Assembly (NCBI GenBank): GCA_045655005.1
Contig: JAZOOJ010000007.1
Coordinates: 162,170-226,169 of the forward strand
Reading direction: 5' to 3'
Source of the DNA: Clostridia bacterium
Lineage (GTDB): Bacteria; Bacillota; Clostridia; Christensenellales; UBA1242
Length of the DNA: 64,000 nucleotides
This document shows, one piece after another, positions 41,364 through 50,569 of the stretch. The translations under genes and the position numbers were made by a program. Under the pieces are notes generated by a model that saw only the letters and a list, made by a program, of their open reading frames with translations, made no database searches and was not told where the DNA came from. Position 1 is the stretch's first letter, and each line of letters begins with the position of its first letter.

Positions 41364-42656
41364 TTAATTAATTTTCTTTTCACGCCCAAAGCTCATTGAT
41401 GTTTCAATAACACCCTTCTCATTATGCATTTTTAACTCTGCTTTTTCACGCTTTGCATATACAATTGCAAGTTTTAATGCTTCATCTTTTCTTTCAAGAT
41501 ATGCATATGGATTTGGAGATTTTGCACGTTTTATAAACCAACCGCCATTGCTGGACGCTGTTACGTGATAGGTATAATGTCCCTTTCTTCTTACGACATC
41601 TTCCCAAGTTGCTTGTTTAATTTTTTCTAATGGTTCAAAAATTACAACTTGACCTTCAAAATGCAAATCTTCAGCTTCTATTGACTCATCAACTTGCACT
41701 GGAGCAGAAGCAATTACGTTGGTAGAATTATTTGCTTGATTTTGCAAATTCATTGTTGCCATAAGTTTTGAAATTAATTGTTCTTCAAATGCAGACAATT
41801 TTGCATCTAATTTTTTATCAATTTCTTCGTCTGTTAATCTTGGCTCATTATTGCTTTCAGTTGGATATTCTTCAATTACTTCATCAATAACTTCATCTTC
41901 AAATTCTTCGATAACTTCTTCCTCAACAACTTCTTCTGCATCTTCTAATACTTCGTCTTCGATATATTCTTCTAGTTCTGATTCGTCATCATTTATATCA
42001 TCAACATATTCTTCGTCTGAAATTTCTTCAATTATTTCTTCTACTTCGTCATCAACAACTTCTTCAACAATTTCTTCATCAGTATAACTTTCAGGCTCAA
42101 TTGGTTCAATATATTCTTCGTAGATTTCTTCGTGAAGTTCGTCTTCTGACGCTTCCACAACTTCTTCATCGATATATTCTTCAACTTCTTCGCTTGGGTC
42201 TTCGTCGATATAGATTACATCGTCATCTTCGCTAATTTCAACATAATCACTTTCATTTGATTCTTCCACTGGAATATATTCTTCGGCTTCAGTCTCATCT
42301 TCTTCACCAACTAAATACTTCTCAATTTGGTCATTTTCTTCAGCTGAAAGAGTATATTTTTCTCCCTCTTCAACCGAATGTTGTTCGTGATTATATTCCT
42401 CGGTAACACTTGATGTGTCGTGCTCGTGGTTATCGTAATCATTATGAACCACACCTTCTCCTTGCATAGCCTTAAACTCATTTAACAATCTTTGAAGTTC
42501 TTCGCTGTTTGCACTTAACCTTTCAACAGTGCCCCCGCCGACTCCTTTGGCTTTTGCTTCGCTTTCGACTTCGTTAATAATATGTTGATCAGCAGGCGTA
42601 TTTTGCATGCTTGAAATATTTTCATTTTCTGGTTTATTTTTATCAAAAAGTCCCAT
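41364..42656 (-). CDS. Highly acidic (E/D/I/V low-complexity) protein with C-terminal DUF2188-like domain
   Basis: C-terminus YHVTASSNGGWFIKRAKSPNPYAYLERKDEALKLAIVYAKREKAELKMHNEKGVI matches the DUF2188 pattern. Confidence 0.6.
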   Translation of the reverse strand: MGLFDKNKPENENISSMQNTPADQHIINEVESEAKAKGVGGGTVERLSANSEELQRLLNEFKAMQGEGVVHNDYDNHEHDTSSVTEEYNHEQHSVEEGEKYTLSAEENDQIEKYLVGEEDETEAEEYIPVEESNESDYVEISEDDDVIYIDEDPSEEVEEYIDEEVVEASEDELHEEIYEEYIEPIEPESYTDEEIVEEVVDDEVEEIIEEISDEEYVDDINDDESELEEYIEDEVLEDAEEVVEEEVIEEFEDEVIDEVIEEYPTESNNEPRLTDEEIDKKLDAKLSAFEEQLISKLMATMNLQNQANNSTNVIASAPVQVDESIEAEDLHFEGQVVIFEPLEKIKQATWEDVVRRKGHYTYHVTASSNGGWFIKRAKSPNPYAYLERKDEALKLAIVYAKREKAELKMHNEKGVIETSMSFGREKKIN

Positions 42657-42753
42657 TTTTCTTGACTCCTCTCTTGTGTTTTGACGTAATTATACCAAAT
42701 TGAAAAATGTTTTGCATCTAATTTCAAGCGTTTTTTAAAAATTTTTAAATTTT

Positions 42754-43935
42754 TTATTTATCAAAATAATAGCTTGATGCCAAATAGTATGTATAAGTGT
42801 AATTGATTGCCTTGTTATACTCTAAAAGAGCATCTCTGTTCATACACCAGAATGAGTACATTCCCATTTCTTTATCTCTTGCGAACTCTGCAACTTGTTT
42901 TGTTTCTTCGGTTGTAAAAATTGGATTTGCTGTGTTTTCATAACCAATATCAACCGTTGCTCCCATAAGTTTATATGCTTCGCTTTCTGAAAGTGTTACA
43001 TCGTATTTAGCATATAATTGAATTAGTTGTTTGTTTGCATTTTGCAATGCCCTTATTGAAGCATCGCCAAAACTTTCATTTACACCAACAGCGTTATAAC
43101 CATAGCACATTGTCATGCCATTTATTAGTTTAAGGTCAACTCCTGCTGTTAAATATGCCCTGATTATGTTTAATTGTTTTGTATCCCAACCATAAGGCAT
43201 AATTGGAATTGTTAAAGTTACTTCAACCCCTGTCTTGTCTTGTGCAATTTTAACAGCCTTGGCATTTGCGAGATTGTTATTATAATCTTGATTTGTTTCT
43301 TCTATGTCCAAGTCAATTCTTTTCAAATCGTATTCATTTATTACATCAATATACATTTTGCTAAGTTTGTCTACATTTTGAGTGGTTGTCCAAGGGCTTG
43401 TTCCAAGTTGCCCACCAAACGACACAATGACGTCACCACCACTGGCACGCAATCTTTTAATTGATTCAATAATTCCCTCATACTGAAAACCGTCATTGCC
43501 TCTCGGGCTCAATTTATAATATCCGCCCCACCCCCAACGTATTGTTCCATCACTTTCAAGAGGCTTTGTGTCATCAGCACGAATGAAACCCAAATTATAG
43601 TATTTACAGCCACAATCCCAATAAAATTGTTGCAAATTCGGTACGCCATTTATACCATAAGTTGAATCACTCACCCAAGATACCATATCTACAAATGGGG
43701 CTAATAAATTTATTGGGAAGTTGTTTTCTTCTTGCGTTGTAGCATCCTCACCTTGTGTAAAATCTTCGCCTGAATTTCCATTGTTAATTTCGCTTATATT
43801 TTTTTCATTTGATAATTGCCCTTCCGGCGTCTTCTCTATTTTTCTAGGATTTAAACAAATTATTAGCACCGATGTTAGAAATAGTACACCAGCCAAAATG
43901 TAGCAAATTAAATTTATTAATGCTTCTCTTTTCAT
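42754..43935 (-). CDS. Glycoside hydrolase family 18 (chitinase-like), membrane-anchored
   Basis: N-terminal TM helix. Catalytic DxxDxDxE motif in LKRIDLDIEE. Confidence 0.7.
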   Translation of the reverse strand: MKREALINLICYILAGVLFLTSVLIICLNPRKIEKTPEGQLSNEKNISEINNGNSGEDFTQGEDATTQEENNFPINLLAPFVDMVSWVSDSTYGINGVPNLQQFYWDCGCKYYNLGFIRADDTKPLESDGTIRWGWGGYYKLSPRGNDGFQYEGIIESIKRLRASGGDVIVSFGGQLGTSPWTTTQNVDKLSKMYIDVINEYDLKRIDLDIEETNQDYNNNLANAKAVKIAQDKTGVEVTLTIPIMPYGWDTKQLNIIRAYLTAGVDLKLINGMTMCYGYNAVGVNESFGDASIRALQNANKQLIQLYAKYDVTLSESEAYKLMGATVDIGYENTANPIFTTEETKQVAEFARDKEMGMYSFWCMNRDALLEYNKAINYTYTYYLASSYYFDK

Positions 43936-44041
43936 ACTATTCTCCTCATTTTAATAGTTTTAGTATGAAAAAATTGTTATAATTTTATACCGAACAATGA
44001 TTTGTTTATTTACATTTTTCGCAGTTTGGACAGAAAAGTGC

Positions 44042-44070
44042 TTGACAAGATTGCGTTGTTAGATTAGAAT
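44042..44070 (+). promoter_or_regulatory. Putative sigma-70 promoter of metG
   Basis: TTGACA-17 nt-TAGAAT, about 35 nt before the start codon. Confidence 0.5.
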
Positions 44071-44105
44071 TGATTAGTAAAAATATTTATAAAGGTGGTA
44101 ACAAA

Positions 44106-45707
44106 ATGAGTAACAAAAATGTAGTAATCTGCGTATCATGGCCATACGCCAACAACAATCTTCATTTAGGCTATATTGCAAGTTCGCTTTCTGGCGATAT
44201 ATTAGCGAGATACCACCGAATGCACGGAGATCGTGTCTTGATGATTAGTGGTACAGATAGCCACGGAACAAAACCTTCAATAAAAGCAAAACAACAAGGC
44301 TGTTCACCAAAAGATATCGTAGATAAATATCACGAAAACTTTGTTGAAGCATTAGAAAAGTTTGATTTTTCTTTTGATAGTTTTGGAATTACATATGACG
44401 AATACCATAAAAGTCATTGCAAAGAAATCTTTAAGAAATTATATGAAAATGGTTATTTGTATGAAAAAGTAATTAAAAGACCTTTCTGCGATAAGTGTAA
44501 TAAATTTATTGCAGACACCGAAATTGAAATAACCTGCCCTGTTTGTGGTGCGAAAACAAAAGCTGACAACTGCGACTGCGGATATGTTCCAAATGAGGTT
44601 GACCTTGAAAAAGGTAAGTGTCTAATTTGCGGAAGCGAAACACACCAACAAGACAGCAAAGTTTTGGTTTTCAAGCTTACAGCATTCAAAGACTTCTTAG
44701 AACATCATTTAGAAGTTAACAAACCATATTGGCGTGCAAATAGCATCAACGAAACAGAAAAATATCTAAAAGACCTTAGAGATCGTGATTTTTCAAGAGA
44801 TCTTGATTGGGGTGTTGAAATACCAATTAAAGGCTTTGAAGATAAAGTAGTTTGGGTTTGGTGGGAAGCATTACTTGGATATGTCACTGGAAGTATGAAG
44901 GTTTGCGAAGAGAAAAATGAAAACTGGGAAGATTTCTGGAAGACTAATCAAGATAAAGATAGAGAAAAATTGATTTATCTCTGCCACGCAAAAGATAATA
45001 TTGTTTTCCACTCAATGTTCTTACCAGCAATGCTTGAAGGATTACAAGACAACTGGGTTGCCCCAAACAGAATGGTATCTGCTGAATATTTGTTAATGAA
45101 TAATGAAAAAATTAGCAAAAGTAAATCTGGTAATTCATTTGACGCTCTTAACTGGGCAAATGAATACAACACCGATACTTTAAGGTACTTCTTTACAGTC
45201 AGCGGTCCAGAAAAGAAAGATACAAACTTCTCTCTTGACCTATATAAGTCTACACACAATGAAGTTGTAAATAAGTTTGGAAATTTAGTTAACAGAACAC
45301 TCAAGTATAAAGGGCTTGAAGAAATCCCAACTGGAGTAGTTGACGCAGAAATTAAAAACGCAATCGAAGAATGTTACAAAAACACAGCAAAAGAAATAGA
45401 AAATATTGAATTTAAAAAAGCCGGTGGTCTTGTAATGGATTTGATTGAACTCGGCAATAAGTATTTCGACGAACGCAAGCCTTGGGTGCAAATTAAAGAA
45501 GATATAACTGCATTTAATGACACTATTTATACTTGTGCTTACTTAATTGCGAACTTATCTAATTTGGTTGAACCATTTATGCCCAAAAGTGCAAAGAAAA
45601 TAAGAGAATATCTTTCTCTTGACTCTACCCCATCTTGGAATTTAATTGAGACCTTTAATACCAAGATTGACGTTTCAAGCATTGAACCATTATTCACAAG
45701 GATGTAA
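44106..45707 (+). CDS. metG: Methionyl-tRNA synthetase (short form)
   Basis: WPYANNNLHLGY (HIGH region), CxxC knuckles, KISKSKS (KMSKS). Start at MSNKN lies behind AAAGGTGG. Confidence 0.93.
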   Translation: MSNKNVVICVSWPYANNNLHLGYIASSLSGDILARYHRMHGDRVLMISGTDSHGTKPSIKAKQQGCSPKDIVDKYHENFVEALEKFDFSFDSFGITYDEYHKSHCKEIFKKLYENGYLYEKVIKRPFCDKCNKFIADTEIEITCPVCGAKTKADNCDCGYVPNEVDLEKGKCLICGSETHQQDSKVLVFKLTAFKDFLEHHLEVNKPYWRANSINETEKYLKDLRDRDFSRDLDWGVEIPIKGFEDKVVWVWWEALLGYVTGSMKVCEEKNENWEDFWKTNQDKDREKLIYLCHAKDNIVFHSMFLPAMLEGLQDNWVAPNRMVSAEYLLMNNEKISKSKSGNSFDALNWANEYNTDTLRYFFTVSGPEKKDTNFSLDLYKSTHNEVVNKFGNLVNRTLKYKGLEEIPTGVVDAEIKNAIEECYKNTAKEIENIEFKKAGGLVMDLIELGNKYFDERKPWVQIKEDITAFNDTIYTCAYLIANLSNLVEPFMPKSAKKIREYLSLDSTPSWNLIETFNTKIDVSSIEPLFTRM

Positions 45708-45717
45708 AAAATAATTT

Positions 45718-46104
45718 ATGAATACAATGATATCGGAAGAAATTTTAGACCTTTTAATAGGCTTTGAATATTTACTTGAATCGCAAAGTGGCGAAAAATT
45801 TGATATAAAACATAAAGTTCTACATTTGGTATCAAAAAGAGAAAAAACCAATCCAAACTACTTAGTTGAAGTATTGTGTATTGCAAGAAGTAATTTGGCG
45901 ATTATCTGTAATAACCTTATTAAAGAAGGTTATTTGGAAAAACACAGAGAGAAAAAAAGTAAAAAAGAAATATACTATTGTATTACAGATGCTGGATTGA
46001 AAGTTATTACTGAAAAATTCAAAAATTCTGAAAAAACATTAGATAAATTAAGAAATAAAACAAGAATTAGAAAGACCGCACAAGACCTTGCAAAAATGTT
46101 CTAA
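45718..46104 (+). CDS. Small winged-helix (MarR/PadR-like) transcriptional regulator
   Basis: 128 aa. ..YLVEVLCIARSNLAIICNNLIKEGYLEKHRE..KEIYYCITDAG fits an HTH plus wing pattern. Family assignment is tentative. Confidence 0.45.
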   Translation: MNTMISEEILDLLIGFEYLLESQSGEKFDIKHKVLHLVSKREKTNPNYLVEVLCIARSNLAIICNNLIKEGYLEKHREKKSKKEIYYCITDAGLKVITEKFKNSEKTLDKLRNKTRIRKTAQDLAKMF

Positions 46105-46128
46105 TTTTTGTGAGAGGAGAATGTGATT

Positions 46129-47517
46129 ATGTTAAAACTTCACGATTCGCTTGAAAAAAAAGTTGTTGAATTTCAACCTGTAAAAGAAAAAGCCACAATG
46201 TATTATTGCGGACCAACCGTCTACTCCACTCAACACATTGGAAATATGCGTGCCTTTGTGGTTATGGACTCTTTACGTCGTGCAATTATGTTTAACGATA
46301 TTGAAGTTGAGTCTGTAATGAATATAACCGACGTCGGTCATATGACAAGTGATGAAGACGCTGGCGACGACAAAATGGTTGTCGCAAGCCAAAAAGAACA
46401 CAAAACACCTGAGCAAATTGCCGAATATTACGCAAACATTTGCTTAAACGATATGAAAAAGTTAAACATTATGATGCCAACACATATCGAAAAAGCAACA
46501 AATGTTATCCCTGAAATTATTGAATTTGTTTCCGCCCTACTTGAAAAAGGCTACGCTTATGAAACAACAAAGGGAATTTATTACGACATAACAAAATACA
46601 GCAACTATGGCAAACTTGGAGGAATGGACCAAGAGAAAAAGTTGATGGGTGCAAGAATTGATGTCGATGACGAAAAAAGGAACCCCGCAGACTTTGCACT
46701 TTGGGTAAAAGCCCCAAAAGAACACATTATGCAATGGGAAAGCCCTTGGGGTAAAGGATACCCTGGCTGGCACATTGAGTGCTCTACTATTTGCCGTAAG
46801 TTCTTTGGGGAAAATGTAGATGTTCACGGTGGTGGAATTGAACATAAGCCGGTTCATCACGAAAATGAAATTGCACAAAACTATGGAATTGCAAATAAAA
46901 AAGTTGTTCAACATTGGATTCATCATGAACATTTAATGGTTGACGGCGGAAAAATGAGTAAATCTCTTGGAAACGTTTGGAATGTTTCAAACCTAGAAGA
47001 AAAAGGTTTTAGACCTTTGGCTCTTAGATATTTCTTCTTAAATGCACACTATTCAAAACAACAAAACTTCACGCTTGACGAATTAAAATCTTGCGACACA
47101 GCGTTGACAAGACTTTATAAAGCAATTGTAGAACATAAAAACGCAGATGAAGTTGAAGTTAAAAATTTGAACAACTATCTTTCAAAATTTAAAGATGCTA
47201 TTAATGACGACCTTAACTTCCCTCTTGCTCTGTCAGTATTGTGGGATTTGGCAAAAATTAAACCAAGAAGTAAAAAAATTTACGAATTAATGCTTAATTT
47301 TGACAAAGCTCTTGGGCTTGACATTGAAAATGCTGAACAATATTTATTAGAAGAAAATACTGATATTCCAGAAGAAATTGTGAATATGGCTGAAAAAAGG
47401 TGGCAAGCAAAGAAAAATAAAGACTGGGCGATTGCCGACAGTCTTCGCAATGAATTGAAAGAAAAAGGTTATGAAATTAAAGATTCAAGTGATGGTTATA
47501 TAATAAATAAAATATAA
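46129..47517 (+). CDS. cysS: Cysteinyl-tRNA synthetase
   Basis: CGPTVYSTQHIGN (HIGH), GWHIECS, KMSKSLGN. Confidence 0.95.
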   Translation: MLKLHDSLEKKVVEFQPVKEKATMYYCGPTVYSTQHIGNMRAFVVMDSLRRAIMFNDIEVESVMNITDVGHMTSDEDAGDDKMVVASQKEHKTPEQIAEYYANICLNDMKKLNIMMPTHIEKATNVIPEIIEFVSALLEKGYAYETTKGIYYDITKYSNYGKLGGMDQEKKLMGARIDVDDEKRNPADFALWVKAPKEHIMQWESPWGKGYPGWHIECSTICRKFFGENVDVHGGGIEHKPVHHENEIAQNYGIANKKVVQHWIHHEHLMVDGGKMSKSLGNVWNVSNLEEKGFRPLALRYFFLNAHYSKQQNFTLDELKSCDTALTRLYKAIVEHKNADEVEVKNLNNYLSKFKDAINDDLNFPLALSVLWDLAKIKPRSKKIYELMLNFDKALGLDIENAEQYLLEENTDIPEEIVNMAEKRWQAKKNKDWAIADSLRNELKEKGYEIKDSSDGYIINKI

Positions 47518-47539
47518 AAATTAAATCCTTATAGATTGT

Positions 47540-48088
47540 CTATAAGGATTTTTTATTTGCATTTTGCATTAATTTAATTATTCCATCAAAAGTAACGTCA
47601 TTTTCAGTCAATCCAAAAGGTTTTAACAAGTCAAAAATTTTATTCACTTCGGAGTCTTCACATTTAAGTTCAACTTCTAAGAAATCTCCAAGTCCAACAA
47701 CCGACTCAATATCAAATTGAAAATCGCCATAGGCATAAGTTTGTCTTGTCTTATCAATTTCAATAAGCCTATGAAAACCTATTGCAAATAATATTTTTTC
47801 CATTTGCTCAGCATCAGCGATTACACTTTCAAACTCGTCACAATAAATAGGATTTATCTCTCGGTGAATATACTTATAATTCATTGTAGATATGCCGTCG
47901 ACCGTCCTTATTCTTAATGCTTCCATCGTTTTTCCATCTTTTTCCCACTCTTTGAAGCTTGGTTCATAATATACATCAAATTGACTACATTCTTCTTTAA
48001 ATGTTGCTTGGCTTTTAACAAAATTTAAAATATTTTCTTTTTGTTCTTGCGTGATTTTAAATCTTCTTTCTATCTCTTTATCTTTCAT
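47540..48088 (-). CDS. CYTH-domain protein (triphosphate tunnel enzyme / class IV adenylate-cyclase-like)
   Basis: N-terminal EIERRFKI (ExExK) and FLEVELK strands. Confidence 0.7.
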   Translation of the reverse strand: MKDKEIERRFKITQEQKENILNFVKSQATFKEECSQFDVYYEPSFKEWEKDGKTMEALRIRTVDGISTMNYKYIHREINPIYCDEFESVIADAEQMEKILFAIGFHRLIEIDKTRQTYAYGDFQFDIESVVGLGDFLEVELKCEDSEVNKIFDLLKPFGLTENDVTFDGIIKLMQNANKKSL

Positions 48089-48089
48089 T

Positions 48090-48896
48090 CTACCTATATG
48101 CCCCCCTTTTCTTTTCGCATTTCGTCCAACGCTTATATAGAAAGTTTGCCACGAATGTTTGACTTGTAAATCTTGTAATTAACCACATCATTTTATTGAA
48201 AAAACCCGGAACATATTTGGCTTTGTTTTTCAACATTTTGTCAACCGATTTGTGTGCAATGGTTGCAGTTGGTAATAACGATAATTGACCACCAATTCCT
48301 TGCGATTTAATACTTGCTTTCATCGCTTCGTTTGTTGCTATACTTCCTGGGCATACTGCAGTTACATTTACCTTTTTACCACGCAATTCTCGTCTTAATG
48401 CAATGCAAAAATTAGTCAAAAGACTTTTTGTTGCTCCATAAACAGCCATTTGTGGAATTGGATAAAATCCAGCAAGACTTGATACCGTCAAAATATAATT
48501 TTGCTTGTTTTCATCTCTTTGTTTTAAAAATTTATATGTAAAATCTAATGTTCCAACTGAATTGACTTCTATGGCTTTTGTTATTTCATTTTCTTCACAA
48601 CCTAAAAAACTGCCTTCTAAAATATATCCGGCATTGTTTATTAAAACGTTCGGCTTTAAATTGTTTTCATTTAAAAACTCAAAAAACTCATTGCGTGAAT
48701 TTTGCGAAGATAAATCGCACGCCTTTGAGTAAATCTGAATCTCTTTATATTCATTCACTAACTCATTTTTTAATGCATCAACTCTTTCTTGATTAGTTCC
48801 TGTTATTACTAAGTCATAACCACGCTTTGCAAGATCAATAGAGTATTCCCTACCAAGCCCTCCAGTTGCACCTGTTATAATTGCTAAATTTTTCAT
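48090..48896 (-). CDS. Short-chain dehydrogenase/reductase
   Basis: ITGATGGLG cofactor motif, NNAG, YGATK (YxxxK). Start at MKNLAII lies behind GAGGTGAA. Confidence 0.85.
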   Translation of the reverse strand: MKNLAIITGATGGLGREYSIDLAKRGYDLVITGTNQERVDALKNELVNEYKEIQIYSKACDLSSQNSRNEFFEFLNENNLKPNVLINNAGYILEGSFLGCEENEITKAIEVNSVGTLDFTYKFLKQRDENKQNYILTVSSLAGFYPIPQMAVYGATKSLLTNFCIALRRELRGKKVNVTAVCPGSIATNEAMKASIKSQGIGGQLSLLPTATIAHKSVDKMLKNKAKYVPGFFNKMMWLITRFTSQTFVANFLYKRWTKCEKKRGAYR

Positions 48897-49024
48897 TAAA
48901 TTCACCTCGAATTGTTCTATAAATATATTATTGCACATTTTTATTTATCTTGTCTACTAAAATTCTCTTGCAATTTATGGGCTGTAGTTGATATAATTAA
49001 TGCATTAACAAACGAGAAGTGAGT

Positions 49025-49822
49025 ATGGATAAAAATAGTAGAAATGACAACAACAATAACAATGTAAATTTATATGAGAAAATTATAGAACAATTTATTG
49101 AAGAAGGTTTTGCTGGGTTTACTGAAAGAGAAATTGTCGAAATTGTTTTAAGTTATTGCATTCCTCAAATAGATGTGGCTCCTATTGCGACCAGACTTTT
49201 AAACAAATTTCATACACTAAAAAGAATTCTTGACGCAAGCATTGAAGACTTGTTGGAGATAAACGGTATTATCGATAAAACAGCAATACTTTTAAAACTA
49301 ATCGCCGGTATGACTCAGTATTACTATAAACAAAATTTCAGTGAAATTATAAGACTTGATAATCAAATAGCATCTAAGAAGTTCTGCGTAGAAGAGTTGT
49401 CTGGCGCAGTAAATGAAGAATTATTGGTTGTATGTTTAAATGCAAACGGAAATGTTATTGGCACTAAACGTTTTACCAGCAGGTCAGAAACTCACGTTGA
49501 TGTAAGCGTAAGACAGATCACTTCATATGTTTTAAGATGTAATTGTAAAACTATAATTATCGCACATAATCATCCAGTCACTCCTCCAAACCCTAGCGTT
49601 GAAGATTTGTCCACAACGTCAATGATTATATCTAACTGTATTTTAAACGACATCAATATTCTTGACCACATCATTTGTTCGCCTTATGGCGAATATAGCC
49701 TGACTGAACACTCAATCCTTGCAAACATAAAAGCAAATGCTTTTAAATGTCTAAAGTATACCGAAGATAGTGCAACCTATTTAAGGTTTTGTTCAGAAGA
49801 CCGAGAATATAAAATTATTTAA
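49025..49822 (+). CDS. radC: RadC-like JAMM domain protein
   Basis: AHNHPVTPPNPSVEDL (HNHPSG..PSxxD-type JAMM motif) with an N-terminal HhH-like region. Confidence 0.8.
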   Translation: MDKNSRNDNNNNNVNLYEKIIEQFIEEGFAGFTEREIVEIVLSYCIPQIDVAPIATRLLNKFHTLKRILDASIEDLLEINGIIDKTAILLKLIAGMTQYYYKQNFSEIIRLDNQIASKKFCVEELSGAVNEELLVVCLNANGNVIGTKRFTSRSETHVDVSVRQITSYVLRCNCKTIIIAHNHPVTPPNPSVEDLSTTSMIISNCILNDINILDHIICSPYGEYSLTEHSILANIKANAFKCLKYTEDSATYLRFCSEDREYKII

Positions 49823-49889
49823 TATTTTTTGTCAAACTGTAAAAATTTCAAAAATTTTTCATAAATGTTGCGAATTTTTATTTAATCTA

Positions 49890-49918
49890 TTGACATATAA
49901 TTATTTTAGTGGTAGAAT
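49890..49918 (+). promoter_or_regulatory. Putative promoter of the initiator tRNA
   Basis: TTGACA-17 nt-TAGAAT, about 34 nt upstream of the tRNA. Confidence 0.55.
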
Positions 49919-49951
49919 AGCACTTGTTAGTCATCTTTTGACCAACTTTAT

Positions 49952-50028
49952 CGCGGAGTAGAGCAGCCCGGAAGCTCGTTGGGCTCATAACCCAAAGGTC
50001 AGTGGTTCAAATCCACTCTCCGCAACCA
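49952..50028 (+). tRNA. Initiator tRNA-fMet (CAT)
   Basis: CGCGGAG..GGG-CTCATAA-CCC..CTCCGCAACCA. C1:A72 mismatch and three G:C pairs at the base of the anticodon stem are initiator hallmarks. A hairpin plus T7 terminator follows (50035-50067). Confidence 0.95.
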
Positions 50029-50095
50029 TAAAAATTCCCAAGTCTTATGGCTTGGGATTTTTTTATTTACTTATTCTATGTACCCCGCGATATAT

Positions 50096-50176
50096 CGCGG
50101 AATAGAACAGCCCAGAAGCTAGCCACCGCTCACAACCCAAAGGTCAGTGGTTCAAACACCAGCTCTTTTGCAACCA
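50096..50176 (+). pseudogene. Decayed copy of the initiator tRNA
   Basis: Aligns with the tRNA-fMet along its whole length, but the D stem (GAAC/GCTA), anticodon stem (CACCG/CCCAA) and T stem no longer pair. Loop reads CTCACAA. Confidence 0.7.
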
Positions 50177-50264
50177 TAACAACCCACAAGGTAATCCTTG
50201 TGGGTTTTGTTTTTCCCCGTGATAAATCGCTTCGTAGAACTTCTCGAAGGTCAACCCATACTCA

Positions 50265-50528
50265 TTACTCAAGTTGAGAACTGTTTTCAGATTTTAAATA
50301 ATCTTCAAACGTTTCAAACAATTTTGTTTGGTCTTCTCTCGCAAAATAATCATAAATATACCCGTCTGCATCTGTATATAAACAAGGTTTTATGCTTGCT
50401 TTTAAATAATTTACGCATTTTTCTGCTTCAACAGAACAATTAAATGTTATATTCGTTGGGATTTCTTGTCTATATCCATTTTCCATGCATCTTGCATAAA
50501 TTCTAAAAATTCTTTTTTGCTTTTCCAT
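50265..50528 (-). CDS. Hypothetical protein (87 aa)
   Basis: ORF with AAGGAGAAAAAT RBS. No motif recognised. Confidence 0.45.
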   Translation of the reverse strand: MEKQKRIFRIYARCMENGYRQEIPTNITFNCSVEAEKCVNYLKASIKPCLYTDADGYIYDYFAREDQTKLFETFEDYLKSENSSQLE

Positions 50529-50569
50529 ATTTTTCTCCTTATGTAGCTTTTCAATACCTAATTTGATTT

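Noticed and set aside
41851-42087. 78-aa Ser-rich ORF on the plus strand
   Set aside because: It is the antisense reading of the Glu/Asp-rich low-complexity tract of the 430-aa gene (GAA/GAT codons read as TTC/ATC, and so on).
50096-50176. Second tRNA-like sequence as a functional tRNA (loop CTCACAA would give anticodon CAC, Val)
   Set aside because: The D, anticodon and T stems do not pair, and it is clearly derived from the adjacent tRNA-fMet. I called it a pseudogene.
50047-50443. Track ORFs 50047-50277 (+) and 50198-50443 (+)
   Set aside because: They run through the tRNA remnants and terminator hairpins, or lie antisense to the 87-aa ORF. No RBS is present and the composition is implausible.
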